64,000 bases of DNA from the NCBI GenBank assembly GCA_918797485.1, contig CAKKNE010000004.1:1612001-1676000 (forward strand), in the 5' to 3' direction. Source of the DNA: Pelagomonas calceolata (taxonomy: Eukaryota). The position numbers and the translations under genes were made by a program. The notes under the pieces are model-generated. The model was not told the DNA's origin, searched no databases, and saw only the letters and a list, made by a program, of their open reading frames with translations. Positions 45,731 to 57,767 of the stretch are shown piece after piece. Numbering within the stretch: the first letter of the stretch is position 1; each line of letters begins with the position of its first letter.

Positions 45731-48502
45731 TCTATATGACAATTGAATTGACGTCCTAATAGTAATAAGTCCTGCCTGTTCCTCTCTTTTTCATGTCGGT
45801 TTGGCATAGAAATTGGCCCTCATGTCCACCCAAACGGGAGAAAGTGCCAAGCGCGGAATTGTTACGATTCGGCATTGATTTTTAACAGTGTGACTGTGGC
45901 AACTTGAAAAGATGTTGCAATGATTTATTGCCGGGTAAGCTAGCAGGGCAGGAGCGACTAGGCATGGGGGCAGGCCGTGACGAACACTGAGGCAGTGGCT
46001 GTGTGACTCGGGAGAGACAAAAGTCAGCTTCCAAGCAGGTCCCGCGGTGCGCCTTACTAAGAATGAATTGATAGCGAGATTTGGCAAATGGGGATCGAAG
46101 GCGGGTGATTTTGAGGTGCGCTCAACATAATCCACACCCATTCTTGAGCGGCCTGGAGCCTCCTGAGTCCTCGCCTGAGGGCGGGTCAGCCGGCCTAGAC
46201 AGCGGTCACGGTGAATCATATATAGATTCTTATATGCTCTACTCCGTACGTGTTGGCGTCGCGCTATCTCCGTAACTTGAAGATGGTACCTAGAGTACAC
46301 CACGACCCATTGAAGCGACTTTGCGACGGACCTGGGACGGGCCGCAAACTGCCATGTTCGGGCCTCTGCTATTGGAGAGCAAACGACCGATGATGATATA
46401 AGATGAGCCAGTTTTAACACCATTTTTAACTTGTAGGGGGGGACACCCAAAACTCGAATTTCTATGACTCCTCCCGGGACCCCCAGCGTCGTCACCATGC
46501 TTTAGAGGGACCTTAGTAAGCTGGGTTTGACCCAGGGTTGATAACAAACGGATCGGATGGCGCAAAGTTATGGGCGGTAGACGCCTACGTTTTTTATACG
46601 CGTTTTCGTCAGGAGGCCGAGCGCGGTCAGTGATGATACCAGGCGCTTTCGATACGGTCGTAGTGACTGGGAAAGCATGCCTGGTCTCGTGACGCCGCGA
46701 TTGTGACCGTGAGTGAGTCGATGACAATCTCGGCCGAGAACGAGTTCGGGCCTAAGGCGCGTTCCACAAGGACAGGGGCGTCTCACGTCGTGCGTGTCGA
46801 CCGGGGAGCCACGCGCGAATGCGCTGAGGTAAGAGAAACGCAGTCCCGTCGCGTCATTTGCCGATACAGCTGCCCCATGCTGCAAATGGGGCTGCTGCGG
46901 GCCGCGGCTGGCGCAACTGACGCGTTCGCAGCGTCCGCAGCATCGCAGACCGACGACAGGCCACGCGCAGATGCCCAATGTGGGCTCTCCCGGCCCGCCT
47001 TTAGCAGGCAAAGCCCCGAGAGCATCTCCTCAGGGAGTGTCGCCAAATTTACCAAACTGCCAGATTAGTTTGGACCAGCGGTCTAGCGACGGAAAGACTC
47101 CTAGGGAGACGCCCCTGGACGCTTTCCGTCAACTTTCCTGCGGTCCAAACTCATTGCCTCCCGCCAGGACGACTCAAAGTTCGCTAGAGCTATCGTAAAA
47201 TACCCGCACGTTACGACCACTAGCCCCCCCCTATTTTAAGATTTTAGAGGTCAATTTAGCCCTATTTGCTTGCTCATAGGACAATCGACCTCAAAATCAT
47301 AAAAATGATATAACCACCGGATGTATAGTAGGCTGGGGGACCGGGCTCTTAGTGGGGGGGTGTGGGGGGGAGGATAATGTGCATAACGGGGGTCAGCGTC
47401 TGGTGCGCGAGCAAATCGAGAATAAGGGGCCTACTTCTTCTACTTACCCGTCTAGCCTGACCAAAACGGACGAGCGAAACGATATCTGGCAGCCCCGGGC
47501 CATCGTACCCGGCCGCGCTTGCGAATGACTACGCCATTGGTAACCAGGGCCCCTGGGAGCGAATTACCAGCATAGAGACGAGTTTGATTTTTCAGCTCGA
47601 GCCTAGGCCCCATGACAGCTCAGCTGGGCAACTTCACGCGACCGCGGCGTCTCGTTGCGAAAGTAACCCCTCCCCACCAGCCATATTTGCCCTCGGCCAA
47701 GTGGCTGTGAACTCGAATCTCAAATTAGGCCCCCCGGCTAAGGCTTCTAGGGTGGGCTCCCCTTTCCAACCAAGTTACGTACTGTGGATCATACCTAAAT
47801 TAAGGAGGACCTAAAAAAGAAGGAACAAGTCCCTAGAGTCTTCTCCCTGCTCGGTCAGGATGCCCAACACCCGTTTTGAGACTATCTGGGCTCGCGCCGA
47901 TTGACAGCTCCGCAGAGAGTGGCTACCCCAAACTTGAACGCTGCCAGTGTCCCGTGGTCCGAGCCAATTGCTAGTTGCGTGCTGCTGCGAGCAATGTGTG
48001 CGCTTATGCGCCGCTCTCGTGTTGCTTTTGGCTAGCTTTATGGCTACCACAAGTTATTTTTACTACTAGTACGCTCTGGCTGTGCGTCACACAAATTACG
48101 CGTAAATCACGGCGCAATCTACGCGGGGCCGTTCCTCACGTAAAAATGCTTTGCGTAGACTGCACACCATAGGAAGATCTCCCTCGGTCATACGCCGTGC
48201 GTCAGGGCAAATCGAGTGTAAACTAGCCAAGAAAGCCTCGCGTTCGTTGAGTACGCTAACTTGAAAAAAAATTACGGGCGGGATGACGGTCTAGGCGACG
48301 TGCACTACAGCACTACAGTTTCGTCCCTGTCTGCGTCGGCCACGCGTTCTGAGAGATAGGTACTGTGAGGGTGCCCCCTTGGCCAGGGTGTGTTCTTGCG
48401 TAAAACGGCGGCGGGAGTTGCACCCTTGCTGCACTTTCAAGTGTAATTGCCTGGTTTGTGGGCTGCTAGTGGCAGATTCGACACTTATCATCGCATATAG
48501 AG

Positions 48503-51500
48503 TTAGTCGATGTAAATGCGCTTTCGAAATGAGGCCTCTTTTTGGTTTGTGCAATACCATGGTATTGCTCCAAACACAACAAGAGCCACGGCAACTGCAG
48601 TACCATAGAGTGTCGTGTAGAACAGTCGCTCCGGAATTTCAAGGACCTCTGCTTTGAGTCGCAGTGCTTTGCTACTGTCAATATGACGCTCCTCGGAAAC
48701 CCACCAGACTGGAAAGAACATGAAGCACCCGTAACCATTTTTGCTAAAATCTGCAGTTGGTACCTCGCATCGCTCTTGACTAGAGACAATTTGAGGAAAT
48801 TGCATGTTGCGTTCTATGCGAAAGTTGAATTGAAAACGACGGGCTTCACGAACAGTCTGGCCAGAGATGGGCTCAACGTCAATGTAGAAACTATGGAGCC
48901 TACGATCGTCATTTGTATTGAAATAGACCTCCCTGGCCTCAAGCCCCCCCCATATTTCATTGCCCCAAAAGTGAGGTAAACTAATAAAGCACGGCGAGTC
49001 TGCAATTGCTTCGAGCGAAATCATGCCATAAGGACAGCGGTAACGCTCGCCGTGGACGTCTTTTAAGCGATACCCAGCACGCTCACGGCCGTCAAGAAAT
49101 GTCTTTGCTGTAGTCTCGTAGCGATTTGCTCTAGCCCAGAAACGGCGAGTATAATTTTCAGCATCCAGCTTCTTGCGAATTGGCCATTCCGCATAAAACC
49201 TAGATCTCGACTCGTCCCCAACTTGAGCGTAAACATATGGACACCGTGATATACTCCTCTGAGAGATCTGCCATGCCAATCTCGAGGTTGCCGGTAGGAC
49301 ACCTTACTAGCTCAATGAGCATCAAGTGGTCTGCATTCAAAATATACATGACATCGGCACCCTGGAAACTGAGTCCCCTCGCCCTAGTAAGATATGTGAG
49401 GTTGTACTCTTGGAAGCCTTCCCAACCATAGGGTCGCATTTGATGGCTTAGGGTTCCTGCCATCGTCTCAATAGGATGCGCCTAAAAGCAGGCATGAACT
49501 ATCTCTCTCTTAGGTCTGGGCTACGCTGGTCCTCTGAGAACAAACTCGTTGCCAGTGATGAGGCTGGTGTTCCCTCGCCATTCTGCAACGCGCTGTACAT
49601 CATTGAGATTGTTTTTTCCTGTCACAAGAGTACTGGTGCAGTTCTGCCATTTCCCCTTTCCACCAAGAAAGCGATTCACACAGTCGGTTTCTTGGTGAAA
49701 TTTGCAAACTTCATCACCTTCGCAGCCACGACGCAAATTGATTGTAACGTCGGGCGCCCATAGTTTCCCAGGATAGATGGCGAAGGCTGGATTCTCGATG
49801 GTTAATGTCCGGCTCGATAGCGTAGCCATGGTGTCCTTAGGTTGAGTTTTAGGCTCAATGTAGTGCGAAATGTTGGTTGGATTTAGGATTATTTCGGGCA
49901 AATACCAGTCTCTCTTATGTCTGCCATTGTGTTGAAACTTCCTAGAAACCCCAAGTCTGTCTATAATTTCAAAACCACCATCAGTGCATTCGTTATTTTC
50001 TACTGGATTACAATACTCGTCAAGTTTGATTGTAGAATGATCCTGGCATCGCACAGATAGGTTATAATATTGTAGCTCTGAATTCAACAATGTCATTGCA
50101 ACTCTATCCACGTAGCCCTCAAACAATAGTCGCTTCGCTTGATGAGTAACAAAAAGTCCACCGTAGTTATAGGCACGGTCACAATACCCCTTTGATAAGC
50201 ACTCTGAGCAGTCTGGCTCATTGCAGACCAGTCTATTTTCTATAAGCACACGATAAGTCGACCACTCTTGAAGCCAGAAAGCAATAATGATTCCTCGCCG
50301 TCGACCATATGGGTGAATTGTCGCTGACTGGTAATCGTGGTTGTGGGCTGAATCGACCTTTAGGATTGTCTCAAGATCACAATAAATGCCGTAAGTTGGA
50401 TCAGAGATTAACGTTTCCCACGTCTTGCAATTTACCAGCCAAAAGCTATATCGTGGTTCAGTTTCAAGCCAGGAGCACTGTTTGTAATAGTCCTGAATAC
50501 GCTGGCAAGTAACAGCAGACGACATGAATTCCTCTGCAAGCAACGAAGCTGCCTGGTCTAAATTCTCATCGTCAGATGTATTGTTATTTACAGACGGTGG
50601 AACGGCCCCCAGGAAATTTCCAAAAGTATTTTGAGTCACGAAGTAGCTGCCGTTTGCCCGGCAGTCGCAATACCCAAAAAAATTGTTGTCATCCCCTATC
50701 CTCTCGTAGCAGTCGGCTGACGTTCGACGATGGAAGCTGCGAAAGGAGCTTGCATTTATAGCCATTCAAAAGGATAAGCAAAAACGCTGGACCGCACCGT
50801 ATACAATTTGCACTCTCACTGTCAGCACACCCACCGTCAGAACTGGCGTCTGGACAACGAAATGAAGTAGCAACCTCGCCGATCTTGCCGCGGAAAGTAC
50901 GTGCCCTGGGGCCGTTTGCAGCAAGAGCATCCAGCAAAATTCGTGCGCTTTCTTTGGTCATATTCATATTAGAATAGCCGACGGCCATGGCTTGTGAGTG
51001 AAACTCAATAAGATTCAATGTCGGTGAGGGAGATGCAATGCCAAACTTCCAATAGCCTTTTCGTTCAATATTTAAAACTGACGGTACCCCCCAGAGTGCA
51101 GATGTAACATAGCCTCCTCCCCATTGCGCGTAGCCGAGGTCTTCGAGGCGGCCAGCAAGAAATTCAAAGCCGGTGGCACGAGACATTCTCGATGCAACAT
51201 AGACTTCATGCCAATGATCTTTGAGAGCCCAAGCTTCGTAGAGGTGCCCCGCAACTGCGCATGCTTGTGCCTGGTATTGTTGAACCAAAGCGACCATGTT
51301 TGCCGTATTTGAACCTGTGATGCAAGAAACAAATCACATGTCCCCTGGGAAATTAAGATCATCGTACCATTGCCAGAAATGAATGTGCTATCATCCAGTC
51401 CTGCAGAGCGCGTATTCACAGTGGCGGAGAATGACTTGAGCGTGTGCTGGCTTAGATCAAACATGACCGCTGGAATGAAGGTTTCCGCCACACGGGATGC

Positions 51501-53400
51501 GTCTATCATGGCCTCACAACTAAATAGAGCTATGTGTCGTGACCGGGCACATGGATCATAGCTTACCTTGGGCTTCGACCGCTGCGAGACACATTACAGT
51601 ACTCATATACTTGCCACCATCGAACCAAATTTTCATCAGAGTGGATGCTAATGTCGTTGCGAGTATCTTCGTAGTCAGGATCGATAATCCACTTCGTAAG
51701 GGAAGAGTTCATCGGTGAAACGACAGCGTCATCTTCCCAGGGAGCATGGAAGTCTAACGAACTGGCAAGTCCCCAACTGCAACGGTAATAGTATAGACCA
51801 GGGCTTATGGCGACAGCAACGTCCGCGTACAGACCGGTGCTGTAGGAACCACAGTCACAACCGCCCCCCCGGAGAAAAGCTTGGTCCCCGGCCCACTCCT
51901 TGGTGCGATACTCATCGGCGCCCGGCGTGGTCATCCAACCCGTTGGCCCATAAAGGTGCCTTGCTATTCCCAGAGCGACAACTCTCGTTGCGTCGGGACT
52001 CTTCTCCAATACTTTGAGATCGTTGAGGACTTGATTGTATGCAAGCTGGTATGCAGGGCTGGCCTCATCTTCAAGCCCAGATGATTGCACTAGGCCCAAG
52101 TACCTTGCAGTGCCTATCCACAGGGGCACACCACGCTCATAGTTGAGCACAGAAATGGTGTTTGCGGGTTCAAGCAAATAAGCCGCCTGACGGGTAGTCA
52201 AAGTGGCTTCAGACTCAGCCACACCCGAAACAAGTGCTTCAGCTTTGATCGCGTCAGCTGTTCCAAAAGCCACATCTCCGGCTATAGGCGATAGGGACAG
52301 TGAGTTAAAATGCGAAATGGTGCTGCTGTCCGACAGGGCAAAAGAAATTGAGGCATCTGTACTACCAAGGGCCGACACAACTGCACCTAAGGCTGAGGAT
52401 GCATGCACCGCCAATCGATATGTCCAAACGTCAGAGATGGCATCTGGAGTGAGCTCCGCCTTGACCTGAGTATGAAGATAGTGATTGTCGTCGACGCCCG
52501 GTATTATTGCACGTACGGTTCTAGGAAATGCATCTGCAGCCACCATGGAATCGCGAATGTTAGCAAAGACAGACTGTGATAGCTCACCAAAGATTTCCTG
52601 GACGGTCCATCGATGCTGTAGTGCCACGAACTTTGGATTCAACATGGTCACCTGTATCAAACACAATGGTGGATGATCAGCTATCTCAACACACCGTTTC
52701 GTTGTCAGCAGCGCAACCTGCTGGTCGGTCTCGAGTGTGCTCATTATATTCACCCAAGCCCTGCTGGAAAAACATAAGTCGACACGCCTCTGTTGAATCG
52801 GCCTTTTGCAGATACCACCATTCCTTGTAGGTGACTTGTTTACCATCCTTGGACCAGTCCTACAAAAGTTTTGCACGTTTTTCTCATGAGTATTCCAGGC
52901 AACTTCTCACAATATGATATCTGTAGGCTTGCTTCACGTAGGCATAGGGCCCCTTCTCCTGGAGGCGTGGCTTATACCCTGACTCAATAAAATTTTCTGT
53001 ATTTGTCACGTGCCAAAGATAGAGAATGAATAAGTCTGTGGCCGAATCCTGCTCACGATGCCTACGAGACTCATGAGTCAAAGCCGCATAGCATGGGCGC
53101 GGCTAGCTGCTCAAAATCTTTGAAGGTCCAATCGTTTGTAAATTGGTCATATTGATTCAGCACAGCCTATGCAGTTTGAGTTAACCCCAAGCATGTCGAC
53201 AGCACTGCTTGGCGGACATCAAATGCGACGTTTGAGTCCAGCATTGTCGGAAAAAGATATTGGCTCCAGAGGAATGTCAGAACTATCAGGAGAACGGCGC
53301 CTGATGTGACGAAGCATTGACCTATCAGCCGAAATTTTAACGGCATGTGCCGCTCCCACTTCCGGGCCATGCCGCGCGATATTTTGACAGATTTTGTCAT
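48503..53400 (-). CDS. Very large CD36/SR-B/LIMP-2 family membrane protein (about 9 introns)
   Basis: N-terminal TM, then YLWHVTN...KPRLQEKGPYAY. The C-terminal part has PCFISLPHF, IDVEPISG...RFQFN, FPVWWVSE and a second TM. Short introns join the consecutive minus-strand ORFs in frame. Confidence 0.82.
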
Positions 53401-53758
53401 CAATACGATGATGGCTCCATGCCGGGACTTGATACAGGTTTGCGGCAGATGGAGCTACCGTGGAACGTATATCACCACAGTGAAAGAAATCAAATAAAAT
53501 CCTGCGGTTACCTATCCCGATACTGATACTACGGTACCGTAGGTACCTACGGTACAGTAACTTTACAGCGATTGTGCTATGATCCTGTAGTTACCTTTAT
53601 CTAGAGCTCCTCTCAGGTTCTAGTAGATATCAGAGGCTAGTGGCCTGTATCTTAGGATACTTCCTTCTCCCTCTTAACTCCTTTATTCCAATCATGATGA
53701 TTCTGTCTGGCAGGGTTGAGGGGCCCAGGCCCGGGGTTCCCACACTCTCACGTTTCAG

Positions 53759-54144
53759 CTAGGTTGCCATTTACCTGAGGGGTTTTTTACCCCTGGCGCC
53801 GCCCGGGGTTAATAACCCGGGTAATTACCGGTCAGTACGGGTAATTTACCCCAGAATCTTATAGAGGGGTCACGGTAGGGGAGGGGGCCTCACGGGCCAC
53901 TGGCGCGGGCCTGGGCCGCGCCGGGCCACATGACTTGGTACTTGCCTTGGCGCACCTGTACGTATCCAAAAGCTCAACGGGCTGCTTGCGCCCATCCGCT
54001 CGTCCGGAGGGGTCTTCGCTAATCTCACTAAACGGGTTTAGTCGAAAACCCGTCGGGTTATTGGGCGGGTTATTTACCCCGGATCCCCTTCGAGGGGTAA
54101 TAACAGGTAAATTGCCGGTTATTAACCGGTTAATGGCAACCTAG
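53759..54144. mobile_element. Intact non-autonomous hAT-type element (386 bp) with an 8-bp TSD
   Basis: TIRs CTAGGTTGCCATT and AATGGCAACCTAG; TSD CGTTTCAG at 53751-53758 and 54145-54152; subterminal TTACC/GGTAA and GGGTTA repeats. Confidence 0.9.
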
Positions 54145-54777
54145 CGTTTCAGTGAGAGTCCTTCCTGTTGGTATCTCCGTGTCACATCGACACCCGAGAG
54201 ACCTAGCTACAACAGCTGCATTGTGCACTTGCTGCACCCAGCTCATTAGATTCAAGCACATACCAAAGCTAATATCGCTGAGGGTTACGGGCCCACAAGG
54301 TCTAACCAATAGGAAGCGATGGAGAGGGAACTTGGAGTCTCCTTGCGGGACGTAGAAGCTGCGGAAGCTGAAACGGTGCGGAGACTGGCCGCGGATCTGG
54401 GGGCCGCGGCGGCGCCGGTGCCGGCGGCCCGGGCAGCGGCGATTTTAAGGCACCTTGAGTAATTTTTGCCTTTAAAATACGCGTCCAAGTCTGCCTTGGC
54501 TAATTCGTCGAGTTGGACCGTGGGCCCCCACTTGCGAGGTGGGCCCAATGCTCCCGATCTATCGAAGTGTCACGGCCCGGGGATGTGGCGGGCGTAGATG
54601 CCGTCGCGCCGAGCAGGGGCCTCCAGAGCGCATTATCGACATTTATTTTACAGCACTTCTTGCCTCCGGCGGGAAGGGCAGCCATTGCCCCTGGCAGTTC
54701 CTTCCATATCGACGATTACCGTGACTCCCATTCGAAGGACCGTCGGCGAATCCTCAACATTATTGGCCCGGGCCCCT

Positions 54778-55414
54778 CAGCGTACAGCCACACGCCGACC
54801 GAATGGCGGCAAACTTTCGCTGAGGCGCAGCTTCCGTATGCTAAAATAATGGAAAAAGGTATAAACTCCTTCAGGGTCAGCTGCCCTGAAGGCAGCTATC
54901 CCATGGTTTTTATTATACAATATTTACGTGCGGGTTTTCGCCCCCCTCCACGCCCCCGGAAGGGGCGTGGCTATGCCTAGTCTAAGTGAAAGCAACTTAG
55001 ACCTAAAGAGAGGCTGCTTTGACCATGGTTTCCCCCCAAAACCCGAAATCAGTGGTTTATAATAAAAAAGTCTTAAACCCGAACCATCACCCCCCACGCC
55101 GGATTTGGCACCCTTGCGGAGCAGCCCCCGGCAGGGAAAAAGGCATGAACTCCTCCTGGGTTAGCTGCCCTCAGGGCAGCTGACCCTGAAGGAGTTTATA
55201 CCTTTTTGTTGCGTGCAAAGTTTGGTGCATGCGGGCAGCCTCGCGCTGAAAAATCAGCTGCGACGGTACGAGGTCGAGATAAAACCCGCCCGAAAACCAA
55301 ATTTCTCCAACGGACGGGATAAATCATTGAATCGGTCTCTAATTATCCACTAATTATTTCCTACCGTTCCATATCCATATAGGGCTGCTAGGGAATTTCC
55401 GGGGTCCGGCCCTG
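54778..55414 (+). mobile_element. MITE family A copy (5'-truncated) interrupted by a nested element
   Basis: Family A sequence stops at ...GCTAAAATAATGG (54852), resumes at about 55213 (GTGCAAAGTTTGG) and runs to the TCCGGCCCTG terminus. Confidence 0.85.
54853..55207. mobile_element. Nested foldback/MITE element with 46-bp TIRs
   Basis: AAAAAGGTATAAACTCCTTCAGGGTCAGCTGCCCTGAAGGCAGCTA (54853-54898) versus its reverse complement at 55162-55207, with one mismatch. Confidence 0.88.
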
Positions 55415-55604
55415 CTTAATCTTCGCCCATCTGATTCACCCGGCGAAATTACTGAAGGCTTAAGACAGGCTGTTGGGAATAATTGCGTCCCAATCTTCCT
55501 ATCGTCCTATTAATTGAGGTCCGAGTGGACGTGCAAGTAGATTGATGGCAGCGATTCTATTTGGACCATGCCAGTAAGAAATTTGTGGCTTAGTGCTGCC
55601 TGAA

Positions 55605-57416
55605 CTAAGCACCAAGCACGTCATAAGCGAGTTCGTCATCGTCCTCATCTGAGTTCAGGCCCGATCCTAGGCCGGGATTCCCAAAGGCGACCGATGCAAG
55701 AGTGCGTTCATCGGTTGTGAGCGATATGTCGGGCTGAGTCGATGGCACTTGCAGCGGCGGAACTTTTTTTTTAATGCTCGTTCGTTTCTTACTCAGTGAA
55801 GCTTTGACGTACTTTTGGAGGTGGCGAAGAGTGTCATTGTCAAGGGTTTCGATGTCAACTTCAATTTCATCATCATCATGGCGGCCTCTTAGTGGCATTG
55901 ACTCCTGGACGATTTTTACAACATGGGCAAGTTTGTCCGGGGGCAGGGCATTAATGTCATCAGAGAGGGCCTCTTTTTCGTCAAAAGTGAGGGGCTTAGC
56001 AAAGCGAGGTACTTTGGATGAGCTGTAAGCAGATGGAGCTGCTGTCCCGACGCCAAGCTCCATATTCATCTGCACTTGAACCTCAGTTTGTGAGGCCTGC
56101 TTCTGTAGAGCAGCGATAGTTGCTTGCATAGATTCCATTTGGCGCTGCATGTTGATGAGATCAGCTACTGGTACCATACCAGTCCCCGAAGGCAGAGTAG
56201 AAATGTCATCGTCTCGTGGATACTTTTTACCCTTGCCACTTTTCTTGCCTGTACCTTTTCCATTCGTGACCTTGCCACGTTTGGTACCACCGTCCAAGTC
56301 AAGATCTGCATCACGCTTTAGCCCCCCTACTCTAGCCTTGGCACCAGCCAAAGTGCCGCCGGCCGCATGCTTCCAGAGGCCCTTGAGTTGGTCTTGAAAT
56401 TTCACATGAAGGTCACGTGCGGCCTCATGAACAGGTGCCTCTGGTAAAATATTGAAAGTCATGGCATTGCGAAATACAAGGCGCATATCTGTAGCAAAAG
56501 CATGTGGATCGGAGTACAAGCCACGGTCAAGGCTGTGCTTTACAGTACCCAAATCCATGGGCAAGTCGATAATTGCGCTGTAGTGGGGTACCCCAAGCGT
56601 GATCGCATCTACGGGCGTCAAAAACCAGCCTGAGCCAGTTGACCGCTCCAGTGACGCAACGATGGCATTGCAGCGCTTGAATGGCTCATTTGATGGGAAA
56701 CTACTTGAAATACTCCCGGGGAATGGTTCGTCACGAAGGTGTGATGGCATTTTGCGCGCACGAGTGGAACGTTTTCCGTCTGTTTCGGCCCCAACTGACT
56801 CGCTTCTACCTAACAAAGTTGAACTTTCAACAGCTTGATCGTCCGACCTTTTTAGTGCTTCCTGAACACGAGTTAAATCCTTGCCACTAGGCTTGCGCAC
56901 AGCTGACGATGTTTTTGGCTTGGCAGTCTGAGCACTTTTGGGTGCATAAACGCGCGCAAGCTCAAGATTACGACCATCATTGTCACAGGTACCAGAAATT
57001 GAGAAGGGACCATAGCGATTTTCTCCGTGACCACGCACATTAAGCTTGCCTGCAATATTTAAAGAGAATTCCAAAGACATGGCATTCTCTACAACTTTCA
57101 CTGGTGCGGTCCTTCCTGGCAGCTGCAGGAGAAAGTAGCCACTGTAGCTACCCGATTGCGGTCTTACTTGCTGCTCCGATGTCTCTGATGGGGACACGGA
57201 CTTGAATTTATACTCAAACTCTGATGTTAGTGATGGGTTGCCCGATTTTGCAGCTTGTTGTGTCATGCCCCAGACCCCACTTGCTACACCGGCGGTGATG
57301 GATCCCACAAGTGTAGGAACCGGGGCGCACGAAGCCGAGATAGGCAGTTCCGCCTTGGTATCCAAACTGAGCAACGAGTCTGCCGGTCGTGTCGCTGTGG
57401 CATCACCTTCATACAT
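55605..57416 (-). CDS. BET-family protein (single bromodomain plus ET domain; GTE/BDF-like)
   Basis: Bromodomain WFLTPVD...YSAIIDLPMDLGTV...DMRLVFRNAMTFN; ET domain PLTFDEKEALSDDINALPPDKL...EIEVDIETLDNDTLRHL. Confidence 0.92.
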   Translation of the reverse strand: MYEGDATATRPADSLLSLDTKAELPISASCAPVPTLVGSITAGVASGVWGMTQQAAKSGNPSLTSEFEYKFKSVSPSETSEQQVRPQSGSYSGYFLLQLPGRTAPVKVVENAMSLEFSLNIAGKLNVRGHGENRYGPFSISGTCDNDGRNLELARVYAPKSAQTAKPKTSSAVRKPSGKDLTRVQEALKRSDDQAVESSTLLGRSESVGAETDGKRSTRARKMPSHLRDEPFPGSISSSFPSNEPFKRCNAIVASLERSTGSGWFLTPVDAITLGVPHYSAIIDLPMDLGTVKHSLDRGLYSDPHAFATDMRLVFRNAMTFNILPEAPVHEAARDLHVKFQDQLKGLWKHAAGGTLAGAKARVGGLKRDADLDLDGGTKRGKVTNGKGTGKKSGKGKKYPRDDDISTLPSGTGMVPVADLINMQRQMESMQATIAALQKQASQTEVQVQMNMELGVGTAAPSAYSSSKVPRFAKPLTFDEKEALSDDINALPPDKLAHVVKIVQESMPLRGRHDDDEIEVDIETLDNDTLRHLQKYVKASLSKKRTSIKKKVPPLQVPSTQPDISLTTDERTLASVAFGNPGLGSGLNSDEDDDELAYDVLGA

Positions 57417-57767
57417 GATTTACAATATCAAATATGTAAGTTCTTTAAGCACACGGGCCTGGCTACATCGCGCTGCGTTCGGGTCTAGAGTCCGCCTGCG
57501 GCGAGAATAGTGAATATCGCGACTAACTGGACTGCTCACGCGTGCACACACGATCCAGAATCTACTAACAAGCTCAAAGATGGCGTTGAACCTAAGTGCC
57601 GAGATAGTAAAAGGCAGAAATCACACACGCGGCATTACCACAATCATCGCTCTCTAGCTCCGCCATCCTGCGCTGAACTGACTTGGTATGCCCAGGGCTA
57701 GCTCTAGCTTTCTAGGCTAGCTCTAGCTTTACAAGGTGCTCCCCGGGTACTGGTGGTGCGGTCACCA
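57417..57767. promoter_or_regulatory. Probable bidirectional promoter between the BET gene and V-ATPase subunit a
   Basis: The head-to-head starts are only 351 bp apart, with no recognisable TE relic; contains a tandem GGCTAGCTCTAGCTTT at 57696-57730. Confidence 0.5.
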
